A stretch of DNA of 64,000 bases from Oculina patagonica. Lineage: Eukaryota. Location of the stretch: NCBI RefSeq assembly GCF_052425735.1, contig NC_135765.1, forward strand, positions 16,368,001-16,432,000. Reading direction: 5' to 3'. The notes beneath the pieces are model-generated. The model saw nothing but the letters and a program-made list of their open reading frames with translations, did not search any database and was not told the DNA's origin. A program made the translations under genes and the position numbers. Below are positions 26,101 to 37,574 of the stretch, one piece after another; position 1 is the stretch's first letter; the number at the start of each line of letters is the position of its first letter.

Positions 26101-29035
26101 TATATAGCTCCAAAATTGTCAGGTGTAATGGTGTGCTCAGAAGCTTCCACCATGTAATAAAAGACATGTAATAGTCAGGAAATAGTCGTTGTAACTTCCA
26201 GTACTACACACTTCAATATTGGCCAACGGACACTTATTAATAATGTACTAATAATGTCAAAAGTTTATGTGAATACAAATCCGTATGTCGCACTTTCTAT
26301 GAAGTAATCTGTATAATTAACAATATTATTATGTTATGTTATTGCTCTTATAACAAGCTAGACTTAACCTAGCTTACTTGTTGTTTTCTTTTATCTCGTC
26401 CCCTCTAAAGGCTTACAACGTCTCTTGGACTTGCCCTGCTTGCCCTTACTACTACCCGCGTGCCGGTTTTAAAGTTGTATTAAAGGCGACGACTTGCAAG
26501 TTTCCAAACTTGAACCGGGACCACACTTATAACTTTTCTGCTCACGCAGAAACCATCTATGGTCCTGGAAAAGAGTCCACCACAACAGCCACAATAAGTC
26601 GCTACTTCGGCCAAGTTCAACATTTGAAACATGCAATTGAAAATTACACTCTGACACTTCAATGGGAGAAACCAATTGATGTGGACGTCAAAGACATTCA
26701 GGTACGATTTGTCATTCATTCATTTCTCTTGTAGAAAATGTTTTTTCTCTGCCGACTTAATTCACATGTTGTCTGACAACTTCGATCATTAGTGGTTACT
26801 GTTATAACTATTACGTTAACATCGTGTCATAAATTTAAATGTTTGACTGACAGATTGATTCAGTTCGTTCGTTCACTGATGTAGTGCGTGTGTGTGCATT
26901 CATACGTTCCCTTTTCATTCATGTTTTGGAGACTGTCTTTGATAGAGTGAGCCACACGTGGTACCCATGCACAGTTTTGTTTTATTGTTTGAAAGTTACC
27001 CGTCAAGTTTTGGTTAATGTCAGTTGTTTTCAAGGTAAAATGATTTTTCAGTCTCAAGACTGTTTGCCACCAGCCATTGTTCACGAGCGGGCGGGCTAGA
27101 TTACGGAGTTGTACTGCTGACCGAAAAGTGCCATCTCTTTGTTTGCAGCGCTATTTAGTGTCTTGGTGTGACATCACAACAATCACATACTGCAGTTACT
27201 ACAGACTCAATAGCACAAATGTCACTGGAACACAGTTTAAGAAGAGGTTATTTGCTGGTGACACCTACACGTTTTATGTTCGAGCTATAACATCTTATGG
27301 AGAAGGAAGAGAGTCAAGTGTCCAAGTTTCTGTGCCACCTCTCAATCTACAAGTGGGCTATCTTAATGGGCACTTAGAGGGAAGGTATGGACTGCAAATC
27401 CACTTGTACTGGTATCGGTGGTCTATTCCATATGGCCAAGATGTGGTGAGTAGACACTGTATGCCTCATGTTTCTGTTTAACTTGTACTGTAGTCTGTGA
27501 GAAAATGGAGGTTTTATGAACAGTCTTTCGGGAGGCAGTACTTATGAATTTTGGATGGCATGTGCTCGTTGGTCCATACTTTGTGTATGTTAAGACCAGA
27601 ATATAGGATTTCAGACCTGTCGGTAAACTTTGTATTGCTTAAGAGTTAGTAAGTGACAACTACTTATCGAACGATGTGATTAATAAGCATCTGTTGTTGA
27701 TGATTAAGGCAAACGTTTTCCATTAGTCCATTAGCGATTTCCGCAGTTATGTAAAGAGATAAGTTTGGTGATTTAGCGAACCAATCATGTGTTACTCGTT
27801 GTTTATCTTCAATTAAGGATTGTGTAATCTAATCGAATGCGGTGTTTTAAAAGGAGAGTTAACAAAATCGAGCCAGATTGCCGTGGTTGCTGTGAGTACG
27901 AAGACATCAAAGTTGTGAATAAAGCGAAACAAAAACTATCTGTGACTTGTTGGGGAATATTGTTTACGGGAGGCAAACAATTCTCCAAAGACGTAGCCCC
28001 TAAAATCCATACTGTTCTTCAGATCTACCAGGACTTGTCTCTGTTTGAGTAAAACGCCCTTCAGTTCACAATTGCACAATAGTGTGTCACAAGGCGGCCT
28101 AAAGGGCCTCTTCGTGTCCCATGCAGTTACTTAAGTTGTTAAATGTTATAACTCAAGAATCCACCAAGACATTGAATCTACACGAAAACAAATCGTGTAT
28201 GTGGTCTAACAAGCCTCATTCAGGTTTTGACTTTGTACTATTCAACGAAATGATGCAGGTGAAATGCGGTGTATTGTAACAATTATTGCCTGTGAAATGC
28301 CCTGGAGAAAACACAGCTGTTGTGAATGCATAAGCAGTGTTTAATTTTTCACATTTTAAAAATTTGATGTAAACATGCTGTTGCTTGAGTCCTATTCCAA
28401 TGTGATTCCCTCTACTATTTATTGTAATAATAAATGCGTGTAAGGGGGGGAATAGGCCCTTTGTATGACCCGGTCACATGAAGTAAGTTAAGGGGTAGCA
28501 ACTTTAGTTTTAAGTTGGTAGGAGGTTCAAGAAATCGAGGACTCAAAAAATCTGAAGTCAACTGTATTCTTCATTTCCCTAAGCTGACCCAACCCCTCCA
28601 ACTGCACACTGTTTTCTCAAGCAAAGCTGCTCAGGTTGGAGTCATCAAGTCTTTTTAACATTGTATTTTGTTTGACAGCAATATGAAGTGAGATGGCATT
28701 GTATAAGAGGCCGTGGGGGCTGTTACTGGAGTCAGGGGTCTTCCTGGCAAATGCAGACTGTGAACACAACATCTGTATATCTAAATATGACACGCTATGA
28801 TACAGCATACTTGTTTGAAGTTCGAGTGGTGACACCCCAAGGCAGAGGACGGCCCATACAATATTATTTGTCTACTAATGCATTGAGTGGAATACCTCCT
28901 AATTTTACTTGCGAGGTCACACCATCCAACACCTATCTTGTGTGTCACTGGACACCACCCACAGATTTTAATCCAGCTGGATTTTATGTAAGTAACAACA
29001 GGTAGACCATATCTTGAACTGCGAGAGCTGTTTGC

Positions 29036-29071
<36 letters not shown>

Positions 29072-32000
29072 CAGCAAACGCCTTCCAACATGTACATTTG
29101 ACCAGCTCTGGGGCGGTCGGCATTTTGTATACATGTATATGTATTTGTCTGCATGTGCATTGGCATTTGTATATGTGTTCATTTTGTGATAAGAAATTGC
29201 CCTTTATTGATGTCCATATTGACAACAATTTCACATCTCCCACTAGGGAGATTAGGGTCAGAAGCTAGCGGTTGGTGGTTCAGTTAGTGGTTAGTGTTTT
29301 TGGTGGTTAGGGTGAACTTTTGGAAGGGCGGTCAGGCTGTTCTAGGGTGTTTCTGGTTTTCCTGGTTTATAGGCCATGGAGCACGGGGGGGGGGGGGGGT
29401 GGGGGCTGTAGCCCCCAAACAAAAATCCCACCCCACACACACATTTCAGTGTCAAAAGTATCGCTAGCACAGCATAAATTTGGTTTGCAAAGACACAGAT
29501 CGTTCTATAAGGATTGTCTTTGGCAGGATAATATGGTGTAGGACTTTCACGAAACTCATTTCTCAAAAAACGCCACTAGGAGAGGTCCGCAATCTGTTAA
29601 GATTGAATTTGACATTACTTGTGGCATCAGCGACTTTCAAGCGTACATTTTCTGCCCTCCGACGTCTAAAGAACAACCCATAAAGCACCATGAAGCCGGA
29701 TCGTCTGAACTGCCTAGTTATGCATTGTCACAAATCGATTGCTGACACACCAGACACTGTTTAAGACAGTTTGGAAAATTTGTGTAGAGGGATGCGCCTG
29801 GGGCTGTTCCAAAGATGCAGGAAATTTCTAAAAAAAAAGTCGCTCCACAATCCGAAACGTTGCTCGGAAGTTGCACCAAAAGATCCAAAAGGTTGCTTTT
29901 GAAGAAGAAGATTCTACAGATATATATATGATAATTGCCATTTGAAAGTAAAATTTCTAAGCGAAAAGTTTGATGACGTCGTGTTTGCTGACGAGTTTTT
30001 AATGCTGAATTATCCAAAAGTTGAAGCATCTTCTGAACTTCTCGGAATTTTCGGCGAATTTCGTAAATCTTCGGAGCAGTTCGAAAAATGGCGGGAAACG
30101 TTGATATGACCTTCGATACAATACTCGGACAATCTTCGGAAATCTTCGGTCTAGAAATTGCAAAAAGTTGCTCAAAATTAAAGTTGCTCGAAAGAAAAAA
30201 AGTTGCTCAAAAGATAAAAAGTTGTACAAAATTTGCCGAGAATCTTTGCGCTTGGCGTGGAGTACGATGCCCCCCCCCCCCCCCCACGTTTCCAAAATGC
30301 TCCGCCGCCTCTGCAGTTTTAGTACATGCCATCTGACAGACCGCACAAATGATTTGAAGCCTCTTTAACCTTTGTCATTGAGGCATTTAAATCACACTCC
30401 AAGAGAAACAATGTCCTCTTAGTTGCTTTTTGTGTTTTTACTTCTCTTTTGCAGCACTACCATTTTAGTTATAGGTGTGATGACTGCCTCTATAGACCTG
30501 TTCAATACAAAACAGTATATGGTTTCAATCAAACCTCGGTAAATGTAACTGTTTACAGTGGAACCCGGTACACGGCTTGGATCAGCGCGCATACAAGGTA
30601 TGGAACTGGAAAACAGGCTCAAACAACAACACCTACAAAGTCTTCATTAGGACCAGTTACAATGTTGACCGCTACATTAGACGACAAAGTACAGAACCTT
30701 GTTAAACTGACTTGGAATCCTCCATCCAGTAGCAGCCCTATTCTGGTAAGTGACTTTGTCCAATAGGATGCGCTTTTTGTGAGTGAAGGTAACGTGATCT
30801 AGTACGGTGTGCTACCCCGTAAATGAAGTGGCTATAAATACAATAAATTAAAGGAGTCTGATCAAGTTAGTACGGTGAAGTCTGTTCTGCCCATAAAATG
30901 TGATCACTTTCCTATAGAGATTCGTAATGTAAGCTGAGGACGTCATATGGCGTGGCAATTACGTCCGGTTTACACTGTGTATCAAAGCATCTCTCTTTTT
31001 AGAACTACCTAGTAACCATTGAATGCCCAAGGTGTGGTAGTTTTGAGCCAACTACGAAAAAGGTTATTAACCAGACCAGTTACACCCAGATACTTCCCCT
31101 CTGGCCAATCATACGTCTTCACTGTCAGAGCAGTTATCCATCAGAAAGCCAGCTCTAACCGCCAAGTAAAAATAACAATAAAACCTGCCGGCGAAGCAGT
31201 CTATTTTATTTTTCATGCAGTTATAAGCTGCAGCGGCCAGGAATACGTAGTGAAATAATTACATCGTGTACCACTTTTCCCCAAACTTTAATTACAACCA
31301 CACTCATGTACACTTGAAGTGCAAGTTTAATGTAGGGACTTTCTTTTCACAGTATTACGTGGTGATCACTCAATGCCCAGCCTGCAGTAGTTTTGAACCA
31401 CTTAGGTCAAGGGTTTATAACACCAGTTTCAGTCAGAATCTTCCGTGTGGCCATGAATACATCTTTACTGTCAGAGCAGTGGCCAATACGGAAAACAGTA
31501 CAGACAGCCAAGTCACCCTTGCAATAGAACCAACTATCGGACCGGTTACAAACCTGACAGTCAAGGTTATTCCTGGTAATGACAGCACGTATTGGATAAA
31601 ACGAGAACGAGACAGATTTTTGTTGACATGGGGTCCACCTAAAGCTGTACCACATGCTAGCATTGAGGTATTGTGGATATTTAATATTTTAAATCAACAA
31701 GAGAATGCAGTCTCTGATCCGGATCCGATTTCTTTAAGCTCAGTTCCGTTGGCTATTACAATCAGCCAACGTGGTTGAAAACTTGTACGCTCAGATATGA
31801 ATGCTGTCAGAAGTTTGTAATAAGAAGTCGCCATGTCGTATTACGACGCGCGCAATTCCTGGATTCGAGAAAAGCCTATTTAGATCCAAACTTCACGGGG
31901 AAATTGAGGTGTAATTTTTATTCGTCCTTCCCTTGGCCCAGAAAAATGGGGAGCAGATGATGAACGTACATCTGGAAATAGTTCTTGCTGATCAGGACAA

Positions 32001-35000
32001 CTGCCGAATATGCAACTACGTATACGATCAAAGCCAATTTAATTTTATGTACATATTTTGAGACCAAAAATATGGAAACAGTCCGGAGTCCTCACGGGCG
32101 CCTCTCTTAATTCGTACAGAAGCCGAGAAAGAACTTCGGACTTCGGACCACGGAATCCATCAAAGGGTAACTCCCACTAGCCTGATTTCGTCCGATTGCT
32201 CTAAAAGTGCTAGTTGGTCGCTTTTATTCACCTGAGTTAGCTGGGTAGATAGACGGTGTGAGTGCATGAGCTATAGGATAAGTGGAGTTTTTCAAAGTTA
32301 AAAGCCAATATCTTACCACTAAAGTCTTTTCTTTACTACTCTGTTTACTTCTTTCGTTGTTCGATCACAATACATGCGTAACCAGGCTTTTATTCAACCG
32401 AGAAGACCTGAATGCTAAACTAATTTGCATTTGGAGTGCCCCTGGCCACTCCCCGAAAAAAGCACCATTTCATGCCTTTGGGGGTAGGTATTCCTACATG
32501 TGGACCACTAAGCTAATTTGCATTTGGGACTATGTGTATAATGCCATGGGTAGGAAGATAATCCCTTCATTCGTGTGGAGTTCGTAAGATCCAAAGGTGG
32601 CCATTTTCCTTATAAGGAATGTAAAGGTGGCCCACCTGGGGGTTATACAAAGGAAACCATTCATTCACACAGGGAGTGGGATGAGGTCAACATGGGCTTA
32701 CCCGATTTCGCGACGATGAATTGGAGTTAAGAACTATTAACATCACCTTTGAAGTAAATTGAAATAATACAGGCTCGCTGGCTCGCCCTTTTACTACTTT
32801 TCTTTTTTTTTTTTTTACTGTCATAATCTGACGTTCTAATGTTGAGAGAAGTAGTGAGTGGAGAAAATAAAGTTTTATCGGCTACATTCCAGAAACAGTA
32901 GTGGATTCTCCGACGATAATAAATTGCACGCCGCATGTAAATAATTGTATTATATATACGAGTCGAAAACATTAAACAAAGTGCTCTTACAAGCTTAAAT
33001 TCGTCAAAAAACCTGCGTAAAAACTAACTCACCCTATGCGGAAATTTTTCTTATTTATTTTATTTCAAAAACTCAGTCATAAAAGCCGATTTTTCGAAGC
33101 TTAAATATTCACAGCAACAATCAGTGAATAGATTTGCATATTCATATTTGTAAGTTGTTACCACACAAACACACGCATAGAGTTGAACACCTGTGTTTTC
33201 CCGTTCATGCTACGCCGGTTAAAAGTCACTCGTTGCTTGTTTATGCAATTTAAGACAACCCCAGCTTACTCCATAGCGAAAGCCTTCAAAAATAACGACA
33301 ACGGCCACAAAACTATCCGAAATTTACATTTCTTTTCCACCGTTGAGTTGCGAACACCTACAAAATAAACCAAAATTCATTTTCGGTTGCCAAACCTTTC
33401 TTCTTCCATGTGGGGAAAGGCTCAAGTTTTGTCGCCTTTTTCATTCCTCACTAGGGGATTGAGAGTGCTCGTTGATCTTACGAGCTCAACACGAAATTGA
33501 AAAACAATACCCATTGTTTGTTCGGTTTAGTGATTGGCCAAAAAACAAAATCTCCTAGCAACAGTAAAAGTTTTTCCTACCCAGTGTTTTTGTTATTCGC
33601 CGTAACACCAAATGCAAATTAGTTTAGCATCCAGGTCTTCTCGGTTGAATAAAAGCCTGGTAAACCATGTGTTGCGATCGAACAACCAAAGTAGAAAACA
33701 GAGTAGTAAAGAAAAGACTTTAGTGGTAAGATATTGGCTTTTAAATTAGAAAAAAACTCGACTTATCCTATAGCTCATGGTGAGTGCTAATGTCGTGATC
33801 ACTTGAAGGTCTCAACTCCGTGCCTCACGATCCGACGATTTAGTCACCGCCGCTCTCAGCCAACGATCCTGACAATAAACCATGGTTTTGTGTTTTATGT
33901 TTCAGTTCTACGAGATCACAGTAATAGACTCAAATAAACACAAGTATGTTTCGGTGAGCAGAACGAAAGCTACTCAATTGATAATCAAGTGTGCTGACCT
34001 TGTTCCCGGGAAATATTACATTTTCAAAAGTCGCTGTAAGGCGCTATGTGGTTTTGGACCAGATAACCTCGCGGTTGGATACTATCCTGGTAAGTTAAGT
34101 TTTTTATCTGGTGTAAAATGACGTAGTCATGCTTACACATGTGGCCTAACGCCGCGCAACTCACTCAGTGCACTTGAAATGTTTGTTAGCTAATTTGAAC
34201 AACCATCCTCTATTTGTGTGTTTACAACTTGCCAGTGGAATGGTCTTATTTAGATTTCTTCATTAATTGGTATTGTAGATATAAAAGCTTTCTTAAATCT
34301 GTATTTACAGCCGTTTATTCTGCGCATTGTTTAAGTTCGTTTTTCAACAGTTGTGTGTTTTATTTGCTGACTCGCTTTCTTGCACATGATTACTTACATA
34401 AGGCATGCAACTTCGAGACCGAATGATCTGTTGCTGCCGCCGAACTTAGTGAAACAAATATATATTTTCTCGATTCGCCTTTGTCAGGGCTTCGGGCCTC
34501 AAAACATCCGCCTTCAAATTATACTCTGGTCTTATTGCATTAAGTTCGATAATCCTTTTTTTTAACTAGCCGGAATTAGTCAAAATTACTGTCTGTAACC
34601 ATTTCCAGAACCAGTGACGCCATCACCAAGAAGGTCGTCACCAACGCCATCCAGGACACCAACCATGCCATCACCATCCAGGGAACCAACAAATCCATCA
34701 CCAAGTAGGTCGTCAACAATCAAGCCATCGCCATCCAGCTCTAGGAGACCAACCATGCTGTCACCAACCAAACTGTTTACGTCGTTGCCACAGATAAACA
34801 ACAAGAGCCATCACCATTTTCCCTACTGGACAATCCCCACGGCCATTCTTGGCGTTATCCTTGTCATAATCGTGGTTTTTTTCGTTTGTAACAACTACCG
34901 ACGGGGAAAGCGTAGAAGTTCTGCGGAGAACTACTTTCAAGATACTACAAAGGACACCTCTGAAGGTATCTGCCAATATCTGGATTAATGATATATGTTG

Positions 35001-35742
35001 TGTTTAGAACCGGTTAAGACTTGCCTCTTTAGATGTTGCATGTATTCAGAATCCCTTGTCAGATTGCAAATAGTAATCAAGGTGAAGGAAATGCAGTTGT
35101 GACAACTTTAATTAAACGTGCAAACTTAAGGAAGACTATACTTCCGATGTTCCTCTTTAGTCCTCAAGTAGAAATCTTTTTTGCGACCAAAAGTTCTTCC
35201 TTTGGCTATAGCAGTTACCGTAGCCGTCACCTCGGAACAGTTTGACTGAGCTGAAAAAAGAAACTTAACGCTCAACGGCACTTGACGATGTAAGGAAAAT
35301 GGCAGTGCGGGAACGACCTTTGTTCAAACATAAATTTTGCCTTCTTTGTCTGTTTAATTGATGTTCACTGTCATTCGTTTCACTTGTTTCACTGAAATTC
35401 ACTAACTTCGTGATCACTTGCCACCAAGATGTCGGTTACCTTCGGTTACTGAGCTAAACCGTGCCTGCCGAGCTAGGCATCTATCTGTCGACAAACCTGG
35501 GTTGGCTTATGTTTGCCGATATTTACGGAGGCTTAGTACAGCGTTTACACGATTTAAAATTTCACTACGGTCTATTACGTAAGTTTCAGTTAAAACAAAA
35601 CCTAGTTGAACACCGTTCGTGAAAAGACGGGGTAAGTCTTTTTACTTCCTATTAAAATCATTTTTATTCCTTTTTTGCAGAGGACGAAATGCCCATCTTG
35701 CTGGAAAGCCTAACCGATGATGAAATGCTCATAACAGCTTAG
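14155..35742 (+). CDS. Gene A: type I membrane protein with signal peptide, furin propeptide, 8 FN3 domains, P/S/T stalk, TM and acidic dileucine tail (SorLA/SORL1-like termini)
   Basis: Phase-consistent GT-AG exons: 14155-14442, 21853-21925, 23361-23455, 24151-24328, 25241-25347, 25723-26019, 26411-26701, 27149-27445, 28679-28987, 30455-30745, 31353-31667, 33906-34089, 34609-34965, 35681-35742 (3144 nt, 1047 aa). FN3 signatures LxWxxP, YxVxW, YxFxVxA, GxG. RFRR|S at aa 76-80. TM WTIPTAILGVILVIIVVFFV. Ends EDEMPILLESLTDDEMLITA*. The exon 1-2 junction spans an N gap. Confidence 0.85.
14793..17945. repeat. Old tandem duplication in gene A intron 1
   Basis: 14793-14945 resembles 16312-16460, and 16150-16275 resembles 17816-17942. 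The second copy is interrupted by another repeat at ~16465-17578. Confidence 0.7.
14985..15355. mobile_element. TTAA-flanked MITE (Kolobok/piggyBac-type target)
   Basis: TTAA-GGGACTAAGTCAC...GTGCCATAGCCCCT-TTAA, imperfect TIRs. Confidence 0.6.
18790..19115 (+). repeat. (CCATA)n microsatellites with a retroposon-like 3' tail (18917-18978)
   Basis: Pentamer arrays at 18790-18825 and 18978-19115; the array resumes at 21268-21422. Confidence 0.85.
19116..21267. mobile_element. ~2.15-kb non-autonomous DNA transposon inserted in the (CCATA)n array
   Basis: Ends CATGACGAGCTT and AAGATCGTCATG (11/12 inverted match, weaker similarity further in); ATACC on both flanks. Confidence 0.65.
19968..20490. 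repeat. 72-bp minisatellite, ~7 copies
   Basis: Unit CTGGGGTAGCAATACCTGATGGTAAAAGTTTAAC...CCTTTACTGT recurs at 20049, 20121, 20193, 20265, 20337 and on. Confidence 0.9.
21268..21422 (+). repeat. (CCATA)n microsatellite
   Basis: Pure and variant CCATA/CCACA units running into the gap. Confidence 0.95.
21423..21665. other. Assembly gap (N run)
   Basis: 243 N. Confidence 1.
23645..23750 (+). mobile_element. Degenerate tRNA-derived SINE head
   Basis: Eroded A/B-box-like region followed by CATTGT.TGTTCTTG..CAAG.CACT. Confidence 0.4.
29350..30313 (+). mobile_element. hAT transposon remnant with a decayed dimerization domain
   Basis: 29560-29735 reads LLRLNLTLLVASATFKRTFSALRRLKNNP*STMKPDRLNCLVMHCHK (ERxFSxLRRLK..STM..RLN motif); G-run and C-run at the two ends. 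Confidence 0.7.
31003..31190 (+). pseudogene. Frameshifted, truncated duplicate FN3 exon (pseudo-exon) inside gene A
   Basis: Good acceptor; NYLVTIECPRCGSFEPTTKKVINQTSYTQILP, then +1 shift to SGQSYVFTVRAV..; aligns to exon 31353-31667; no canonical GT donor at its end. Confidence 0.75.
32265..33779. mobile_element. P-element/Galileo-like non-autonomous transposon with long TIRs
   Basis: CATGAGCTATAGGATAAGT ends, ~170-bp TIRs; 7-bp TSD GTGAGTG at 32258-32264 and 33780-33786. Confidence 0.85.
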
Positions 35743-35994
35743 AGAGCAAGCTTAATTAACAAAGAAACTTCCCTGGATTTTTGTTTATTTTGATGTATTG
35801 TTCACTCTCCAGTGTTTTGGTTTTGTTTTAAAATAGTTGGGTCTTAAACTTATAGCTGCTGGGGGCGAACCCCTGCTCCCGGCCCCTAGTGAAAGCCATT
35901 TATGTCCAAGTTTCTTTGCTTGTGTAATACTAACTGTACCATTTGAAAAGTTTTTCACTGGGCGTGGGTGGAGGATGCTAGATGTGGTGGAGCT

Positions 35995-36098
35995 GTGGGG
36001 GAAGGGGGGAGGAGAGGAGGGGGGAGGGGGGGGGGAGGAGGGGAGGGCGGAGGGGGGGGAGCGGGTGGGGGCCGGGGGAGGGGAGGGGGGGGGAGAGG
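35995..36098 (+). repeat. G-rich low-complexity tract
   Basis: Many G4-G11 runs; absent from the paralogous copy. Confidence 0.8.
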
Positions 36099-36651
36099 TA
36101 AAATAATACGGGCACACTCGCAAATACTCCAAACTTTCCTTTTCAGGCTAAGCCTGTGACACTGTATTTCTCCATCTTTTTCTGTTCTTTCCTGTTCTAC
36201 AAGCTGCGTGCCTTGCAAAGTTTCAACTGGTGTTTGCTAAACATCACCGTTGAATGGAAAAGACAAAACTGAACTGAGGATTGACAAATATAATTTCTCA
36301 CTGAAAAAGACTTCAGTAATTTGGTTTTCTTTTGACGTCATCAAAACTCCGTAAAATTTAAACTGTTAATCCTATAGAGCTATTCATTCTCTTCACATAT
36401 TCTAGACATGAATTCTCTGCAAATCTTAGTATTGATTTAGTGTCTCGTTCAGAAGACGAAGCATTTTGATGTCCCATGGCCGCCATCTTTGTGTCGCAAA
36501 GAAGGACACAGACATGGCGGCTACATCTGATACTGTAGTTTTTTCACAATTATTTTCGTAATAACTCGATTGTTGAAAAGGAAACAATTGAAAGGTACAA
36601 TTTGAAACAAAAAAAAAAAAACATTTATTTGTGCCTGCCCAACAGACCGTT

Positions 36652-36808
36652 TTCGTATTATCGGTATTGGACTGGAACTACTAGCTTGCAATGGAGGCTT
36701 ATGGGGGGACTCTTTTCAAATGCAAATGACATCAAGCTATTTTTAATGATATTCACCCGCATAAGCCTCCATTGCAAGCTAGCTTCAGTCCAATACCGAG
36801 AATACGAA
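36652..36808. mobile_element. Small hairpin MITE
   Basis: TTCGTATT.TCGGTATTGGACTG..CTAGCTTGCAATGGAGGCTTAT and its inverted copy. Confidence 0.7.
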
Positions 36809-37574
36809 TATTTCACAACTATCCTGCGAAATCGCGCGGAATATCGCTGATATTTTGCCGACGGGGCAGTAAACCAAGTCAGAAAAAAAGTCAGACCATA
36901 TTCTGCAAGATTGAGCAGGATAATTGTTTTATTATTCAAGAAATTGTCAACGAAAACTATTTTACTGCTAAAAATACTGTGGTTTGGACGAATCTTGGCA
37001 ACCTTTGTATATCGCAGCACATTTGTTAAGTTTAGATGACGAATAACAAGAAATTTCTGACCATATTTGGGCATCGTGACATAATAAGCTGAATAATAAG
37101 CTGCGGTTTATGCCGTTGTGAGCGCTATGCTTTCCTACGTGACCCAGCAGTTCCGAAGTGTGTGTTCACTTTGCTGTTGGTGATTTTCATCAGTGCAGCA
37201 AAAACTGTTTGTTTGGATGCAAAACACTAGAAAACTATCGGATAATAGACCTTATACAGCAACTCATGCTATATTTGTTCCTAATGGAAGCTAAACCTCT
37301 CTTCTATACAATGGGGATAAAAGTGTTGAGACATTTTGGCAAAATGTGCGCCTTTTAACAGATCTAGAACAATTATTTTTTTTTTCGATAGGAAAACCCC
37401 TATAGCTACCCCACAAACAATGTTGAAAATGTCTTAGTCTAATTTCCTTTCATCATTGAAAAAGGGAGACGAGATATGAGGAGGGGATTGGATTGGAGAA
37501 TAAGTAACTCTGAGGGACATGCTGTTGCCACATATCCCTAGCGTAGTGCAGATACACAAATATAACGTTCTGCC

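Noticed and set aside
35785-36218. Pro-rich and Gly-rich ORFs
   Set aside because: Translations of the poly-G tract in the gene A 3' flank.
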